DNA of 62,760 nucleotides, filler included, from Rhabdomonas costata (GCA_019059605.1; 50 parts of 50 records of this genome joined end to end with filler, not necessarily neighbours in it); one strand, 5' to 3'. Positions 23,795-36,654 are shown, counted from the whole stretch's first letter. Notes: generated from the sequence alone by a model not told the origin. Made by a program: numbers and translations.

Positions 23795-26407
23795 NNNNNN
23801 NNNNNNNNNNNNNNNNNNNNNNNNNNNNNNNNNNNNNNTTAATTAATTAANNNNNNNNNNNNNNNNNNNNNNNNNNNNNNNNNNNNNNNNNNNNTTTGTG
23901 TGTGGCACCACGCGCTCCGGAATGCACATGTGGCTGCACAAGGGGGGCCAGAAGCTACTTCATGTATGCTTCCCAGAAACGACCTCTGCTCTGTGTCCGT
24001 CCCCTCCTCCCAATTCTCTTTCCTTATCTTCGAAGGTTTTCTTTGCTACCATAAATACATTACTGCATAGGAAGCAGGTGTACTGCTGAGTTCGTGTGTC
24101 TTTAATGGGAATTGAGATGGGTTATTATTAAAGGGCAAGACTTGATATGATGTCAAGCCTTGGCATCCTTTTTCTTTTCCAAACTGCTCCGAACCTGACC
24201 GATGAAACCAAACCGTCTTTCTGCCTTTGCCTTCTCGTCGTGTTGAACTCAGGTTTTGAAGAATGTGGACCTCGCTGCTGCCTGGTCTGCGATCTTCGCG
24301 GCGTGTACAGGTCAGGGAAGGGTGCACCCTGAATCGCTTTTGATAGAAAGCCAAGCTGAGATGAAATTTTCCAGTTGGGGTTGAGGAGGACAGGAGATAG
24401 TTCTGAACGGTTTACGACGGCTGCGAAGATTACGCTCGTCAGGTTTAGGTGCAACATGCCTCGGTGACCTGTTCCATAGTCGCATGGTCAAAGGGATGGT
24501 CCAGCTGCAAGGCCCTGAGGTGGGAGAGGTGCGCTGGTTGGTTACTTCCCCGCCCATCTCCAGGAATGCCTATCGCGCCATTCGCTGAAAACGTTTGTGC
24601 AGTTTGTTTGTTCCTTGTATTCCATCATACTGCAAAGTCTCCATAACTTCGATGATCCCAGCCTAACACACACCTAACACACACGCACAAGCACATGGGC
24701 GTGCTTGTGGTTCTTGGCTGGGATGTTTGAGGCTGCGCTTCTCACGTTCTCCTGTCCCTATTTTGTTTCAGACAACATCACCGTTAGCCGATACTCTGCC
24801 CAGCACGGCTGCGTCATCCAGGGCCATGCCAGTGGAAAGGTGAGTGGGGGCATGAGATTTACCCACACTGCTCGTAAGTAAACTGCAAGTTGCATTGTAT
24901 CCTCCCATGAGGTGTTTGTGGCACTTAACTATTCTGCGATGATGTCGTAAGGTTTCTCTCCAATCAATTGCTTTCCTCGGACCACTTCTGTGTGACTGGG
25001 GGCTTCCAGGGCTCTTTATTTTCGTTGCCGTTTTCATGTGGCGTGGGAGTGNNNNNNNNNNNNNNNNNNNNNNNNNNNNNNNNNNNNNNNNNNNNTTAAT
25101 TAATTAANNNNNNNNNNNNNNNNNNNNNNNNNNNNNNNNNNNNNNNNNNNNGACTGTGGAAGGGGCGGTTTGCTGACTGCCTTCCAGTAGACCTCTGCCT
25201 GACAATGATGTTCTTTGTGGTCGAACGGTCAAGTGACCTTTTGCTGACCCTTGTGACGTGGCGGTTACCTGTCCAGAAGCAAACCGCCCATGTCCCACTA
25301 CCCACGACCGTCTTCCGTTTTGTATGAGCTCTGCATTCGCTTCCACGGCGCCGTCCAGCCTTGGCAATCTTTTCTCCACCCTGCCTCCTCTGAACCTTGG
25401 AGTCGAGTGCATTCTCCCTTTCTCTATGTATTGCTCATCTTACCTTACGGGACGCTACTTAACCTTCTTTACCTTTCTTTGTCATTATAAGTAAGTATTT
25501 ATTCAACACTTGTTTCACAGCGTCCCTGTCGTCCTAACCCAATCTAATTGGTTTACCTCATCACCTCCCCTTTGCCTGTCCGCACCTTGGCAAACCTCTT
25601 TCGCCCTCCCCTCTGCCCATCCTCTCAGGTCGTGGGCTCCAGCCCACCCATGACCTGAGCCCTCTCCACCCACACCCCCATCTGTGGAGGGCCCAGTCCT
25701 CCACCCTCTCCCTTGCGGGGCAGCAGGGGGTGCCCCTCTGGCTCCCTCTCTGCTGCCCCCTTACTGGGGGGAGCGGTGGTCCCGACTGGGCCCCTGTCTC
25801 ACCGCCTCTTTTTACTGTGCCATGGTGGGCATAGCTTATCCAACTCCCCTCGGATGAAGCTTTAAATTAGAATTTCATGGAGTCCCATGGGGTGAGCATA
25901 ATGCCGCCCTACATGATCCGTGTGGGAAGCTTCTCAGTAACCCAAAAATGGCGCCTCCGCCTGTGGCGTGCTCCGGCGCATATGCCATCGGACGCCGCAA
26001 CAGCGGACTGTTGTTAGGTGAAAGGGAGGGTGCCGCCCTTCGGAGGACGTCCCTCCGCTGCTCCTCCGGTCTCTCATCCCAACTCTGAGGGGGAGCAGCG
26101 TGGGCGTGCTCGGGCGGTGGCCCTGCAGGCACGTTCCCCCACCTGCTCCCCTCATCCGCCCCCTCGTGTGGATCTAATGGGCTGGCAGGCCGCCTGGAAA
26201 CCATACGTTATATTTTGAAAAAGAATGGTGATCCTTATCCGAGTCGAGGATTGTGCAGGAACTTCCACCTGTCCCTCTCTCTTCCCCCATTTACCCCCCC
26301 ACAACAANNNNNNNNNNNNNNNNNNNNNNNNNNNNNNNNNNNNNNNNNNNNTTAATTAATTAANNNNNNNNNNNNNNNNNNNNNNNNNNNNNNNNNNNNN
26401 NNNNNNN

Positions 26408-26691
26408 AAGAACAGCCCCTGATAGAGCATCTGCATGAACACTCCCGTACCCACCACCGCTGCCCAAGCTCGGGCAGTGCGCGGCAGGGCTCCTCGCAGG
26501 GCCGGCCAAAGCAGCCAGGCACAGACAGCGGTGACCGTGGTGCGCAGCAGCAAGAATGCCGAGGGAGCCATGTGCTCGAGCCCAACAGCTGTGGCGACAG
26601 CACCGCTGGACCACAGGATCAGAAAACCGCCCAGCGCGACGGCGTTGCCGGATGTCAGTTGCCGCTGCGGCCTGCAGATTCTACTTTGCAT
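26408..26691 (-). CDS. Bacterial EamA/DMT-family transporter, N-terminal part (truncated by contig end)
   Basis: GFLILWSSGAVATAVGLEHMAPSAFLLLR...GVFMQMLYQGLF has the EamA pattern. Intronless and divergent from a LysR gene. Confidence 0.88.
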
Positions 26692-26825
26692 GAATATCAG
26701 AATCGAGCTTCGTCAGGATATGTAAACGCATAAGTGAACTCCCGTGTGGATATCTAGTTGCACCTGCGCCAGCAACAGTTCCACCTTGGGCTTAGCATCC
26801 GGTAGGCCTTTCCATCAGCACTCTT

Positions 26826-26840
26826 ATACCATCAGTGCAT
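26826..26840. promoter_or_regulatory. Putative LysR T-N11-A autoregulatory box
   Basis: ATAC-N7-GCAT imperfect dyad overlapping the LysR start codon in the divergent intergenic region. Confidence 0.45.
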
Positions 26841-27555
26841 GACCCTTCAGATTCGACACCTGCGGCTGGCCGTGCTCATGCGCAGCGTCAGCTCTCTGAG
26901 CCGAGCCGCATCGGAGCTGGGGATCACGCAGCCCACAGCCTCACGCCTGCTGGACGAGATTGAGCGCAACATCGGTGTCGCTGTCATAGAGCGCTCTGCG
27001 AGGGGGTCGAAGTTGACGCCAACCGGTGAGGCGTTCGTTGCGCACGCACTCCAGACACTGGCCTCGTTCGATGCTCTCGTGGACCCCGATCGGTGGCAAC
27101 AGCGGGAACTGACGCTGGCCTACGCCTGGGGCGGACTGGAATCGACCTTGACGGACGCAGTGCGCCGATGGCATCAGAATCTCCCCCACGGGCGCTGCCG
27201 GCTTCGTCAGCACGACGATCCCCGACGGTCGCTGGAATCGGGGGCAGTCGACCTGGCCCTGATCCGAGGGGCCGTTGACTCCCCGATGCTGTCGTCATGC
27301 ACGCTCTACGTGGAGAACAGAGTCGTCGTATTACCCGTCGACTCCCCGCTGATCAGCCTGTCCAGCATCGAAAGATCCCAATTGCAGGACCTGGAGGCTG
27401 TGGTCAACGTCGACAGCGGGACGACAGGAGAGCTCTGGGTGGGTGACCCGCCCCAGCCGCAGGTGACAGAAGTCCACGGCGTGGATGAATGGATTGTGGC
27501 CATCGCTTCACACCAACAACGATTCGGCGTGACGCCGGAATCTACGATGAGCTAA
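26839..27555 (+). CDS. Bacterial LysR-family transcriptional regulator (probably 3'-truncated)
   Basis: HTH SLSRAASELGITQPTASRLLDEIERNIG...RSARGSKLTPTGEAF and substrate-binding motif LESGAVDLALIR. The TAA lies in the A/C-rich contig tail, and 238 aa is short for a LysR protein. Confidence 0.95.
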   Translation: MTLQIRHLRLAVLMRSVSSLSRAASELGITQPTASRLLDEIERNIGVAVIERSARGSKLTPTGEAFVAHALQTLASFDALVDPDRWQQRELTLAYAWGGLESTLTDAVRRWHQNLPHGRCRLRQHDDPRRSLESGAVDLALIRGAVDSPMLSSCTLYVENRVVVLPVDSPLISLSSIERSQLQDLEAVVNVDSGTTGELWVGDPPQPQVTEVHGVDEWIVAIASHQQRFGVTPESTMS

Positions 27556-28418
27556 CACCCCACANNNNNNNNNNNNNNNNNNNNNNNNNNNNNNNNNNNN
27601 NNNNNNNNTTAATTAATTAANNNNNNNNNNNNNNNNNNNNNNNNNNNNNNNNNNNNNNNNNNNNTTTGTTTGGACCCTTGCCCTGTACTTGGGGTGTTAT
27701 TGCAGAACTTTGCTCCCACAGCGGATGCGCTTCTGCCGGGTTCACAACTTCTGTCAACCTTCTGGAATGAGATCGATTTATTTGTGTTTTTTTTTGTTTC
27801 CGTAGCCATCCCCAATGCCTCCACATTGTGGTACAGGAAACCCCTCCGAGGTGATGGATGGCTTCAACCCAGGCATTGTCTTATTTTTTTCCTTTGATCT
27901 TGGGGTCGGGGGGGCGGCGAGCTTTCTTCACCTTGTAGGGGTTTGCCCCGCCTCCCTTCATTCCTGTTCTGGTATTTCTTCTTTGTTTTCAGGAGTGCAG
28001 CTGTATGTTTGAAGAGTTACTATTTTACATTTTTATACCTGAGCTATATGATGCAATGGCGTTCTTGAGTCGGTCTTCTTTTCGTATGCCATTTGGAGGA
28101 GCAGTTTCAGCAACCTTTGTCAGGTTTTTAGGTCCCGCATTTATGGTTTCAAAAGGGCCTGAAAGGGATCAAAATGTACTTTGGTATTTCGGAGTCCACC
28201 TCAGAGCTAGCACTGTTTTTGGTGCATACCGGACTGCGAAAGGAATTTATGGCAAACCAAGGGGAGGGTCCCTATTCTGCATGTTTCGTTTTCCGATCGG
28301 TCCTCGGGGTGGTGCATGGAGTTGCTCTGTTTGCTCTCTTACGGTTTATAGTATACTGTCCTCTCTAAAGGATATGTTTGGGCCCCATTGGGGTGCCGAT
28401 TCCACTTCTACTCCCAAG

Positions 28419-28618
28419 ACCAGCTTCAGCAGTGCCTTCGGCGGTGCAAGATGCGCGACGTGCAGCTGGACCCGCCTAGCAGCATTGGCCGCGGGGTGAT
28501 GTTCAACATTTTGGGCTGGCTGGGCACTCGCGTGCCTCCGCCCCCGAGCCCATGTAATCTCTCGTGGTGCCCTGGAGCGCAGAAGATTACCCTCAACGCT
28601 GTGCTGTTCAAGAAGCAG
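28419..28618 (+). CDS. Internal exon, unknown protein
   Basis: QLQQCLRRCKMRDVQLDPPSSIGRGVMFNILGWLG...NAVLFKKQ with donor CAG|GTTGGC and GC3 bias. Confidence 0.55.
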
Positions 28619-29582
28619 GTTGGCATGTTGCTTTCAAATCGATTAAATCGATCCATGCCGATTGCACCGAAAACAAAGTGGACAAAGAGCTTAAATGTTC
28701 ATTTTCGCCATATTGGTGGTCAATTGTTTGGTGTCTTTGGCGTTCGCTTTCCCAATCCTGTGCTCAGATCTTCCGAATGCTTCGGCGCTACGGAGCTATC
28801 TTCAGCGTTGACCACACCACAANNNNNNNNNNNNNNNNNNNNNNNNNNNNNNNNNNNNNNNNNNNNTTAATTAATTAANNNNNNNNNNNNNNNNNNNNNN
28901 NNNNNNNNNNNNNNNNNNNNNNGATGCGCAAGGATGCAAACTCTCGATGTATGATGATTCACCATCAGTTGGTGAAGCTGCTTCCGATGTCCTTGCGGCG
29001 ACTTCTTTTGCCAACTGAAGCGGAAGGATTAGCGAAAGTTGAAAAGAAAAGAACCACATTCAGCAAAGAGAATGTGTCGGAGGGAAATGCTGCCTGCTGT
29101 GAACTCGTGAAATTCGAACAGAAAGCATGGGATTGCTACCTTAAAATTGAGACTGAGTCCTATATACCCAGCAGTTTACCCAGTTGGTGCGTGCGTTTAA
29201 GTGTGCATTGCGGTGGCATTCGTGTGTTCTCCGTTGTTGGCAATTGGACACCCCTTCTTTGATTTCGTCCACCATGCTTTATTCAAAGTCGCAGTGTGTG
29301 TGAGACGTGGGTGGGTGCGACGACCTGAGCGAGCTTGCCAAAAAGAAGCCCCCTCTAAAACTAACTTGGTGATTTCACTAGCTATCTCCCTCGGAGGGAT
29401 ACACTACTTACATTCTTTTGGGGGTTGACGAATTTTTGCTCCTGCTTAGAAATGGTCACGACGCCCCACCTTGACCCAAACCAAACGCCAATTCTTCTCA
29501 TCTTCGCGGGCGGTTCATGCTGTTATGTAGTTGTATTTGGAGGAGGGCATGTCTCATACCCCAATGCGTTATGTCTTCAAAG

Positions 29583-29666
29583 GCGGGCTCTGCCGCGCTG
29601 CAGGAGCTGCAGCAGGAGGTGCAGCGCCTGAAAGAGGAGAATGGCCGCCTGCTGGACAGGGAGCAG
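29583..29666 (+). CDS. Coiled-coil exon
   Basis: AGSAALQELQQEVQRLKEENGRLLDREQ bounded by AAAG and GTCCTT. Confidence 0.65.
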
Positions 29667-32600
29667 GTCCTTCTTTGGCTTTGCTTGTCGCTGCGGTTGT
29701 TTTGATGTCGTGGGTTCCGCGAAGTGGTTTCAGATCCGTCGTTTTCCCAGATCACGTGTATGTTAGGGTGGGTCGCACGCACCACAAAAACACAATATCC
29801 ACCCGTTAGTCCATCAATCCGCAACGCCTACGCTGCATATGCGAACCAATCATTCGTTTTATAACTACTGGAAGAAGTACACATCCCTAGTTGAATTATT
29901 GGCAGAAGCTAGGATACCTCCACAAACGATTGACCATGGTGTGAGGCACAGAACAAAAACAGTGCATCGTAGCTAAGTAAACAACTCAAAGAAAAAAGCA
30001 ATAAATTACTGTAACAGCAAATTACAATAAATTACTTGTAAAAGCAAGCAAAAACAACAAATACAAGATAACCAAACAAANNNNNNNNNNNNNNNNNNNN
30101 NNNNNNNNNNNNNNNNNNNNNNNNTTAATTAATTAANNNNNNNNNNNNNNNNNNNNNNNNNNNNNNNNNNNNNNNNNNNNTTTTGGGGTGATCGTCAGAG
30201 ATGAGTGTGCAGGTGTGTTGGTGGATGGCGGCGGGTGTACGGGGTTCAAGAAGGTGCTTACGTACCCAACAGGAGCAGCAACTCGAGAGAGAGAGAGAGA
30301 GCGAGAGCGAGAGAAAGGGAGTCCGTTGAGAAAAAGGGTGAACACCAAACTGGGCCTCGCAAAAAAAAACCACTGCCGAAAAGAACTTCGCGAACGCAGC
30401 AGAAGCTGAGGGAGAATGTCAAAATAAATACCCGGAGGAGAGGAGAGGAAACCCAACACAAACCCTATGGCACCGCCACGAGCACACAACTGTGGTCTGA
30501 CACAACAACCTCCAAACAGAGCGGAACACAATGCATTTCGAGCGTTGATGCCGCATCTCTTACTTCCCACTGTCCTTCCTCAGTTAGCAGCTCAAGGGCG
30601 AGGGCTACTTCTCGCTCACCCATGTGGCTGTAGCGGCCCGTTCTGCGGCAGCGCCGAACAGTGATCAGCCGTGGAGCACATGGAGTCTCCCTCAGTGGGA
30701 GCCTCGGAGAGGGAGAAGGCTCGTGGGTGGTCTGGCACCTCCTCCCGCGAATGCACCGCCCGCCACCGAACCCCACAGTGGCAGCAAACCATGTGGCTGA
30801 GGCCCTGCTCCAAAAAAACAGAAACTCTCTTGCCCACCTGTGGTGCTCTCAATCCAATGTACCCATTACTTTTTACTCTCATCCACATTCATTCCTACAC
30901 GGGCGTAACCGCAAACCGCATCTAACCGCTAGCTAAATGGTAGCAGCGAACATGTTCCACCACTAAACTCATATCTCTGGTTGATCAGGGTGGAGTTTCA
31001 CATTCTCAAATTGAAGATGCACGCACCATTCCAGGCTCATGCAAACACGTACCCGTTTCACTCTAAGCCGCTTCCAGAAGTCCGAGTGCAAGCAGGGGGA
31101 GCCGGTAGGTCCTTCATCCTTACCGCTTCCGCTGCTGGCAGTGTTCACAGAAGAGGGACTGGTGGACGGGGCCTCAGAGTGCAAGGGCGTGGGCATCCTC
31201 GCTTCTTTTCCGCGCAGTGGGCTGTGCGCACGGGCCCCGTCAAAACCCATTTCTGCACACTTGTCGCCACCTCCTCTATGAATTCTGCACTTCCAAGATC
31301 ACAATTAACTGCAACATGCAATCTCATAACACAACCCNNNNNNNNNNNNNNNNNNNNNNNNNNNNNNNNNNNNNNNNNNNNTTAATTAATTAANNNNNNN
31401 NNNNNNNNNNNNNNNNNNNNNNNNNNNNNNNNNNNNNTGTTGTGGGGAGAAAAGAGAACGAACGCAGAATCAGCTGTTTTCAGAAACCTCACATTTAAAG
31501 AGAAGCAAAAAGAAGTTGAAAACACCCAGTAGGTGGTGTTGTGATCTGAAGGAGACATCTCATTGAGGGTCAGAGGTGGACAGTCGCCTAGGATATGGAA
31601 GGAATCCCCGGAGTCCGAGCATTGCACAGAGCTTTGCGAGTGGAGCGTGGTAGTAGTAGGAGTTTCCAGATGAGTCTTTGGATGATGTATCAAAGACAGT
31701 GGTGAGCAGCATTCGAAGATGGAAAGGAAGTACCACGGTCCAGCTGCTCGTGTTGCCATTCCAGAGAGATGCGAGAGAGGTTTTGGTTCTTGAGAGATTT
31801 GCCTGACCACCCACCCCCTCAGCCACTAATGTTCTTGACTGTGTGGACTTGTGGACTGGGAACACCAAGTTTCCGGAGCTTCAGATTCGTTTACAAGTCA
31901 GGAATTGGTCCACAGATTCCGTTTGCAGAGGTACTCGTTGCAGCAGAAGCTTACGGTGAGGGTTGCAAACTGTGAAGGACTCCCAGTGAAGCACTTCGTC
32001 CGAGTTGGACACCATGCCGACCAAATCGTTTTTGAGAGCAATCAAGACGGCAATCCCAAAAGTTCTGGAATATACTTTTTTAACAAGGCTGCAACCGCAG
32101 ACTGATTGGAAGCGCAGAAATGTCAAGTAGTGGAGAGGAGGAAGAATGTACGACATCCAGGCGCTTGCAACGGTGTACTTATTTCTAATCACATGCCACA
32201 AGGGCGGGGTCATTTGGTCGGGCCTTGGTGCCCACACCTTCTGGGCTGTGGATGGGTTTCGCTGGGCGGGTCTCGCCGCTTATGCCTTTCCACAATTTCC
32301 CACACAAAAATTGCTGTGGGATGGGCACGCGACCGCACGCACACGCACGCCATGTCCTGTGTTTACAGCGCTGACGCATCACTCTTTTCCACCCCTCTCC
32401 CTCTGCTTGTGCCTCTGGTATCCGCGGCTCTCGCCTGCGGTTCTGCTGCACCTCCTCTTTGAAAACACGATGAAAGGCGAAACGCAACACAAATGCAAAC
32501 AAAAAGCGACATTTTAGGTTTAATTCCGCATTAGCGGACTCGCACAATTTTAATAACCTAACCAATGACCTATCTCTGTAATTCTTGTAGTTCTTNNNNN

Positions 32601-32697
32601 NNNNNNNNNNNNNNNNNNNNNNNNNNNNNNNNNNNNNNNTTAATTAATTAANNNNNNNNNNNNNNNNNNNNNNNNNNNNNNNNNNNNNNNNNNNNGG

Positions 32698-32745
32698 GTG
32701 GGTGGGGATGGGCGACGCCGTGCGCCGTCGCCCATCCCCACCCAC
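32698..32745. repeat. 20-bp perfect inverted repeat at contig start
   Basis: GTGGGTGGGGATGGGCGACG, an 8-nt loop, then CGTCGCCCATCCCCACCCAC. Confidence 0.85.
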
Positions 32746-33194
32746 ACAGCGCAATTCTCGGGGCGCCATCCGGCCTCCAAGAAAGCAGGGCTCCCAATGT
32801 GTGTATGTATGTGGACGGACACTCAACCCAATGCACGACGTGTTCAGCACGAACAGCAGCACCGCCAAGGCGCCAACAACAAAACAGGTGTGTAGAACAA
32901 GCAGCACAAGGACGCGCCATAGCACACCGCGCCAAGGCGCTGTGTGTGTGTGTGTGTGTGTACGTATACCGCGCCAAGGCGCCATCCGTGGGATGAAGGC
33001 AGGGCCTCCATCCAATTTAATTTATGATTCTTTGATAGAAGGATGGGTGTGAGCAGGGAGGGCACGTCAATTTACATTTTGAGTATTTCTTCCTTGGAGA
33101 GTCGGACCCAACCGAGTGAAAAGGGACTGGAAAAGGAGCCCAGTCCGAAGACCTGCATAGAATTTAGGGCACCCTCCGCCACACTCCGCCACAG

Positions 33195-33475
33195 GATCGA
33201 GCGTGGAGGCTGTGCAGCCCGTGGGCCTCCCCGAGACTCTGCGGCAGCGACTGGTCGAGGCGCTGGTGTGTGGCCACCAGACCTACGACGTCACGCTGGT
33301 GGAGCCCGGTCCGGCACAGCCTGCACAACTGTGCTTCAACCACCGCTACATCTGGGTCACCACGGGGCACTCCCACGAGGGGGACAAGCGCAAGCCAGTC
33401 TCGGGGAAGCTCCGGTCCTCGACACGCATCACCGGTAGCGGCAGCACGGACACAGTGGTGCTGCAGCTCAAGGAG
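33195..33475 (+). CDS. Internal exon, possible PH-like domain
   Basis: CACAG acceptor, GAG|GTCACT donor, strong GC3 bias. Reads RLVEALVCGHQTYDVTLV...LCFNHRYIWVT...TVVLQLKE. Confidence 0.65.
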
Positions 33476-34533
33476 GTCACTCTTAACTGCTGTGGGAAAA
33501 CCCCTTTGCGAATTTCGTCGGTATTGAATCCGAGGGCAGTGGTGCGGAGTGCAGACCAGAGGCTTTATTGTCCTGAATTGCAGGTGTTTGTGCAACTTCG
33601 GATGAAGTACAAATCCTTTGGAAAACAAAGGCTAGAATACTGGACGTTACGTTTCTTTGGCCCCCCCCCAGCACAGATCGCCCACCGTCTAACCTTATGC
33701 GGCTTTTCCTCTTGATAAAGCGCATGCACCATGCACCACCCTGCATCCCCTGCGATTTTTTCCGGACGCACAGGATTTAGGACTGGGTCCCGGGGATGAA
33801 TGCTCTGACTTTAGAGCCAAAGCCCTAAAGACCTCACCCCCCCCCCCCATTTNNNNNNNNNNNNNNNNNNNNNNNNNNNNNNNNNNNNNNNNNNNNTTAA
33901 TTAATTAANNNNNNNNNNNNNNNNNNNNNNNNNNNNNNNNNNNNNNNNNNNNGGGTTGTGGGCCTTTTTTTTTGCGTGTGCTGATTCGGGAGCCGAATTC
34001 CAGTGTATCCTCTGTGACCATGAGATCCCTAAGACAAACATTCCATGATGTGGCGCGCGCACACACACAGTACCATGGATATTGCAGGAAAAAGTAGTTG
34101 TGCGGCATAGGCCCGGTACACGTGGGGCAGAATGGAGGTTACCGTATGGGGAACGCCCGGTGGTTACCCTGTGCCCTACAGCACCGTTCGCTCCGACGTG
34201 ACACCTCTCGCCAGCACCTGTGAGGCCAACAGCACCTGCGCCCATCACTCGACAGCGGTCACCAAACACCACTCAGGCGACAAGCAAGCAGACACCGCGC
34301 GCTGGCTGTTGCTTGATCAGCTGCGCCAGGCACACGTACTCACACACCAGTTCTAGGCTGTTTCCAAGCTGCTTTGGCCTGGTATAGGTCGCCGTGGGGG
34401 AGGCTTTCGTTTGCCACGCATGGAGACACGCGCACCGTCTTCTACTCCAGTGCAGTAGGCATGAAACAGCCAGAGCCCCAACACGGCCGCATCAGCCTCA
34501 TAAACCACACATAAGCACCCGCTCCCTTGCCAG

Positions 34534-34677
34534 ATTGCGCGGTGGGACCCCGTGGAGAACGACTTCCGGATTGACACCTTCGTGTACAAGAAGGGCCCGT
34601 TCATGGTTCTGGACATCCTGATCGCGATCAAGGCGCACCAGGACCCCACCCTGACCTTCCGCAGCTCCTGCTGCGAG
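34534..34677 (+). CDS. SDH2: Succinate dehydrogenase iron-sulfur subunit exon (euglenozoan SDH2N-type)
   Basis: IARWDP...MVLDILIAIKAHQDPTLTFRSSCCE is the SdhB 2Fe-2S domain. Exact 48-codon exon between CCAG and GTCCCC. Confidence 0.93.
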
Positions 34678-35776
34678 GTCCCCTATCCCACTATAACGCC
34701 CTTTTCCGAGAACCCACGCACCTCCATTCACACTGCGTACATGGGGCACTGCTATTGCTCTGGATGTCTTCTGGCTCTTCAGTGGGACTTTCGAGTTCGT
34801 ATCGTTTCGAACCGCTTTTCTTTGGGGGGGAGGGCACCCCTCCGCTTCAGACCCTGTCAACCGCGTTTCTGTGGAGCTCGAACGTTTTGCACTCGCCCAC
34901 TCTGGCTTTTGCGGCTTGAGGTTCACATCTGAACATGTTCACCTCGTAACATCGTTTCACAGACACGTCACTGCGGCGAGTGGCCAGCGGTCGCGTTAAC
35001 CCGGGGAAGGATAAAGATGAATTGAGCATCAGCGTTGAAGTTGAAGCGGCTAAGATGCCATGCACGGTGGCTTGCAGCTTTAATTACAAATGATGAGCTG
35101 GTGAGAGAANNNNNNNNNNNNNNNNNNNNNNNNNNNNNNNNNNNNNNNNNNNNTTAATTAATTAANNNNNNNNNNNNNNNNNNNNNNNNNNNNNNNNNNN
35201 NNNNNNNNNGTGTTGGGTGTGGTTGGGGGGGTGGGGGCAGGTTGAGGCAGGTTGGTACCCCTGGATCGCCGAAGAGTTTCAGGCTCTTGCGCATTTCCGG
35301 GTGGGTCCGTTTCTTTCCGCTTCCAACTGTGGAGGCCTCTTGCCCTCCTGCGGCTCCGCGATTCATTACCCAAGGAGTTCATTCGGGCGGGGACTCGAAA
35401 GTCCTCTTCCGAACGGTGGTTCTCGGAATGGACTCCGCTCGTTGTCTGTGGTGTACCCCCTGTCCCCATCCTCTTTTGCAGCGCCTCGAGAGTTGGCAAG
35501 CACACCTCTGAGGCGAAGCGCGCGTGCTGTAAGCACCAGAGGCTCACGGCAGTTGCCTGAGAACCCCTGAATCTAAATCAGTGGCGCGACGACACACGAC
35601 GCGCGTTGGGGTGGACCTGTCCCCTTATTTCCAAGCAGCCGTGGCGCCCCCTCACTGGCCCTGTTGCAAAAGGAGTGGCCATTGCTGGGGTTTGGTTCGG
35701 AGTCTCCCAGTGGGTTGGTGGAGGCCCTTCCCTGTTTGTCCCGATGAAAGGGTTTGGAAGAGAGACAAAAGTCCCC

Positions 35777-36089
35777 TTCTGACCGGTTGCCCATCTGCTG
35801 CTGAGTCGTCCGGCGGTTGTGCTCTATGCTCTATGTGTGTATTAGTGTCTTCTTTCCTTGAAAGGAGGTCAGACGATGCCTACTCTGTGTAAACACGTTT
35901 CGTTTACTCCGGGCTCCATATGTGCGCATCCTTACTGCCTTTTCTTTCAATCTCACTGTATTCTGCGTTTTCCGTTCCCTTCTGCCGCGCACGTCTTCTT
36001 GTCCTGATAGCGCTTTGGAGACCGTTCTGCGCGCCGTGTGAGTTCTCTGCCTTCACCACCGTTGCCTGTTTGTGTTATGTTTGCTGTTT
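35777..36089 (+). repeat. Dispersed non-coding repeat, copy 2
   Basis: Homologous to 9522-9840. Confidence 0.9.
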
Positions 36090-36261
36090 GTTCTGTCGTG
36101 GTTTTATTCTTCTAACTTTCTCTCCTCCCCTTGGTTTTACAGTTGCAGTTCAATTATTTTTTGTATTCATTTTCTAGCCTCTTCTGCGGCGACCCGTGGC
36201 CCGCCAGCTGGAGAGGGGATTCCCCTCTGAGGGGGACGGGGGGGGGGGAAGGCCCTCTCCC

Positions 36262-36264
<3 letters not shown>

Positions 36265-36302
<38 letters not shown>

Positions 36303-36318
36303 CTCTCTCTCTCTCTCT
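36265..36318. repeat. Compound (CA)n(CT)n microsatellite
   Basis: Seen directly. Confidence 0.95.
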
Positions 36319-36469
36319 TGGGCTCCTTCACTACAGAGCGTGTACCAGCACCATACTATCAACAAAAACNNNNNNNNNNNNNNNNNNNNNNNNNNNNNNN
36401 NNNNNNNNNNNNNTTAATTAATTAANNNNNNNNNNNNNNNNNNNNNNNNNNNNNNNNNNNNNNNNNNNN

Positions 36470-36654
36470 GGGTTGTGGGCGTTGGAGAAGTCGAGCTGAA
36501 CTAAGACTTCCTGAGTTGTTTGATCTCCACTCACAGATGGAAGATGGCGCCCGCAAGGTATTTTTTGCCGTGGACTTCCCTGCACACGAATTATGTCAAG
36601 GCCGTGGTGTACAAAAGGCCTCTGTGTGCGAGCGTCCACGATTACCAACAACAT
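36470..36654 (-). mobile_element. Possible non-LTR reverse transcriptase remnant
   Basis: VLVQLDFSNAHN at the contig end resembles the RT motif hhhxLDFxNAFN. Upstream sequence is unrecognisable. Confidence 0.45.

Noticed and set aside
31438..32140. Coding-like, stop-riddled sequence, possibly a decayed transposon
   Set aside because: No motif could be assigned in any frame. The same applies to contigs 23895-25051, 52806-53962 and 56577-57732.
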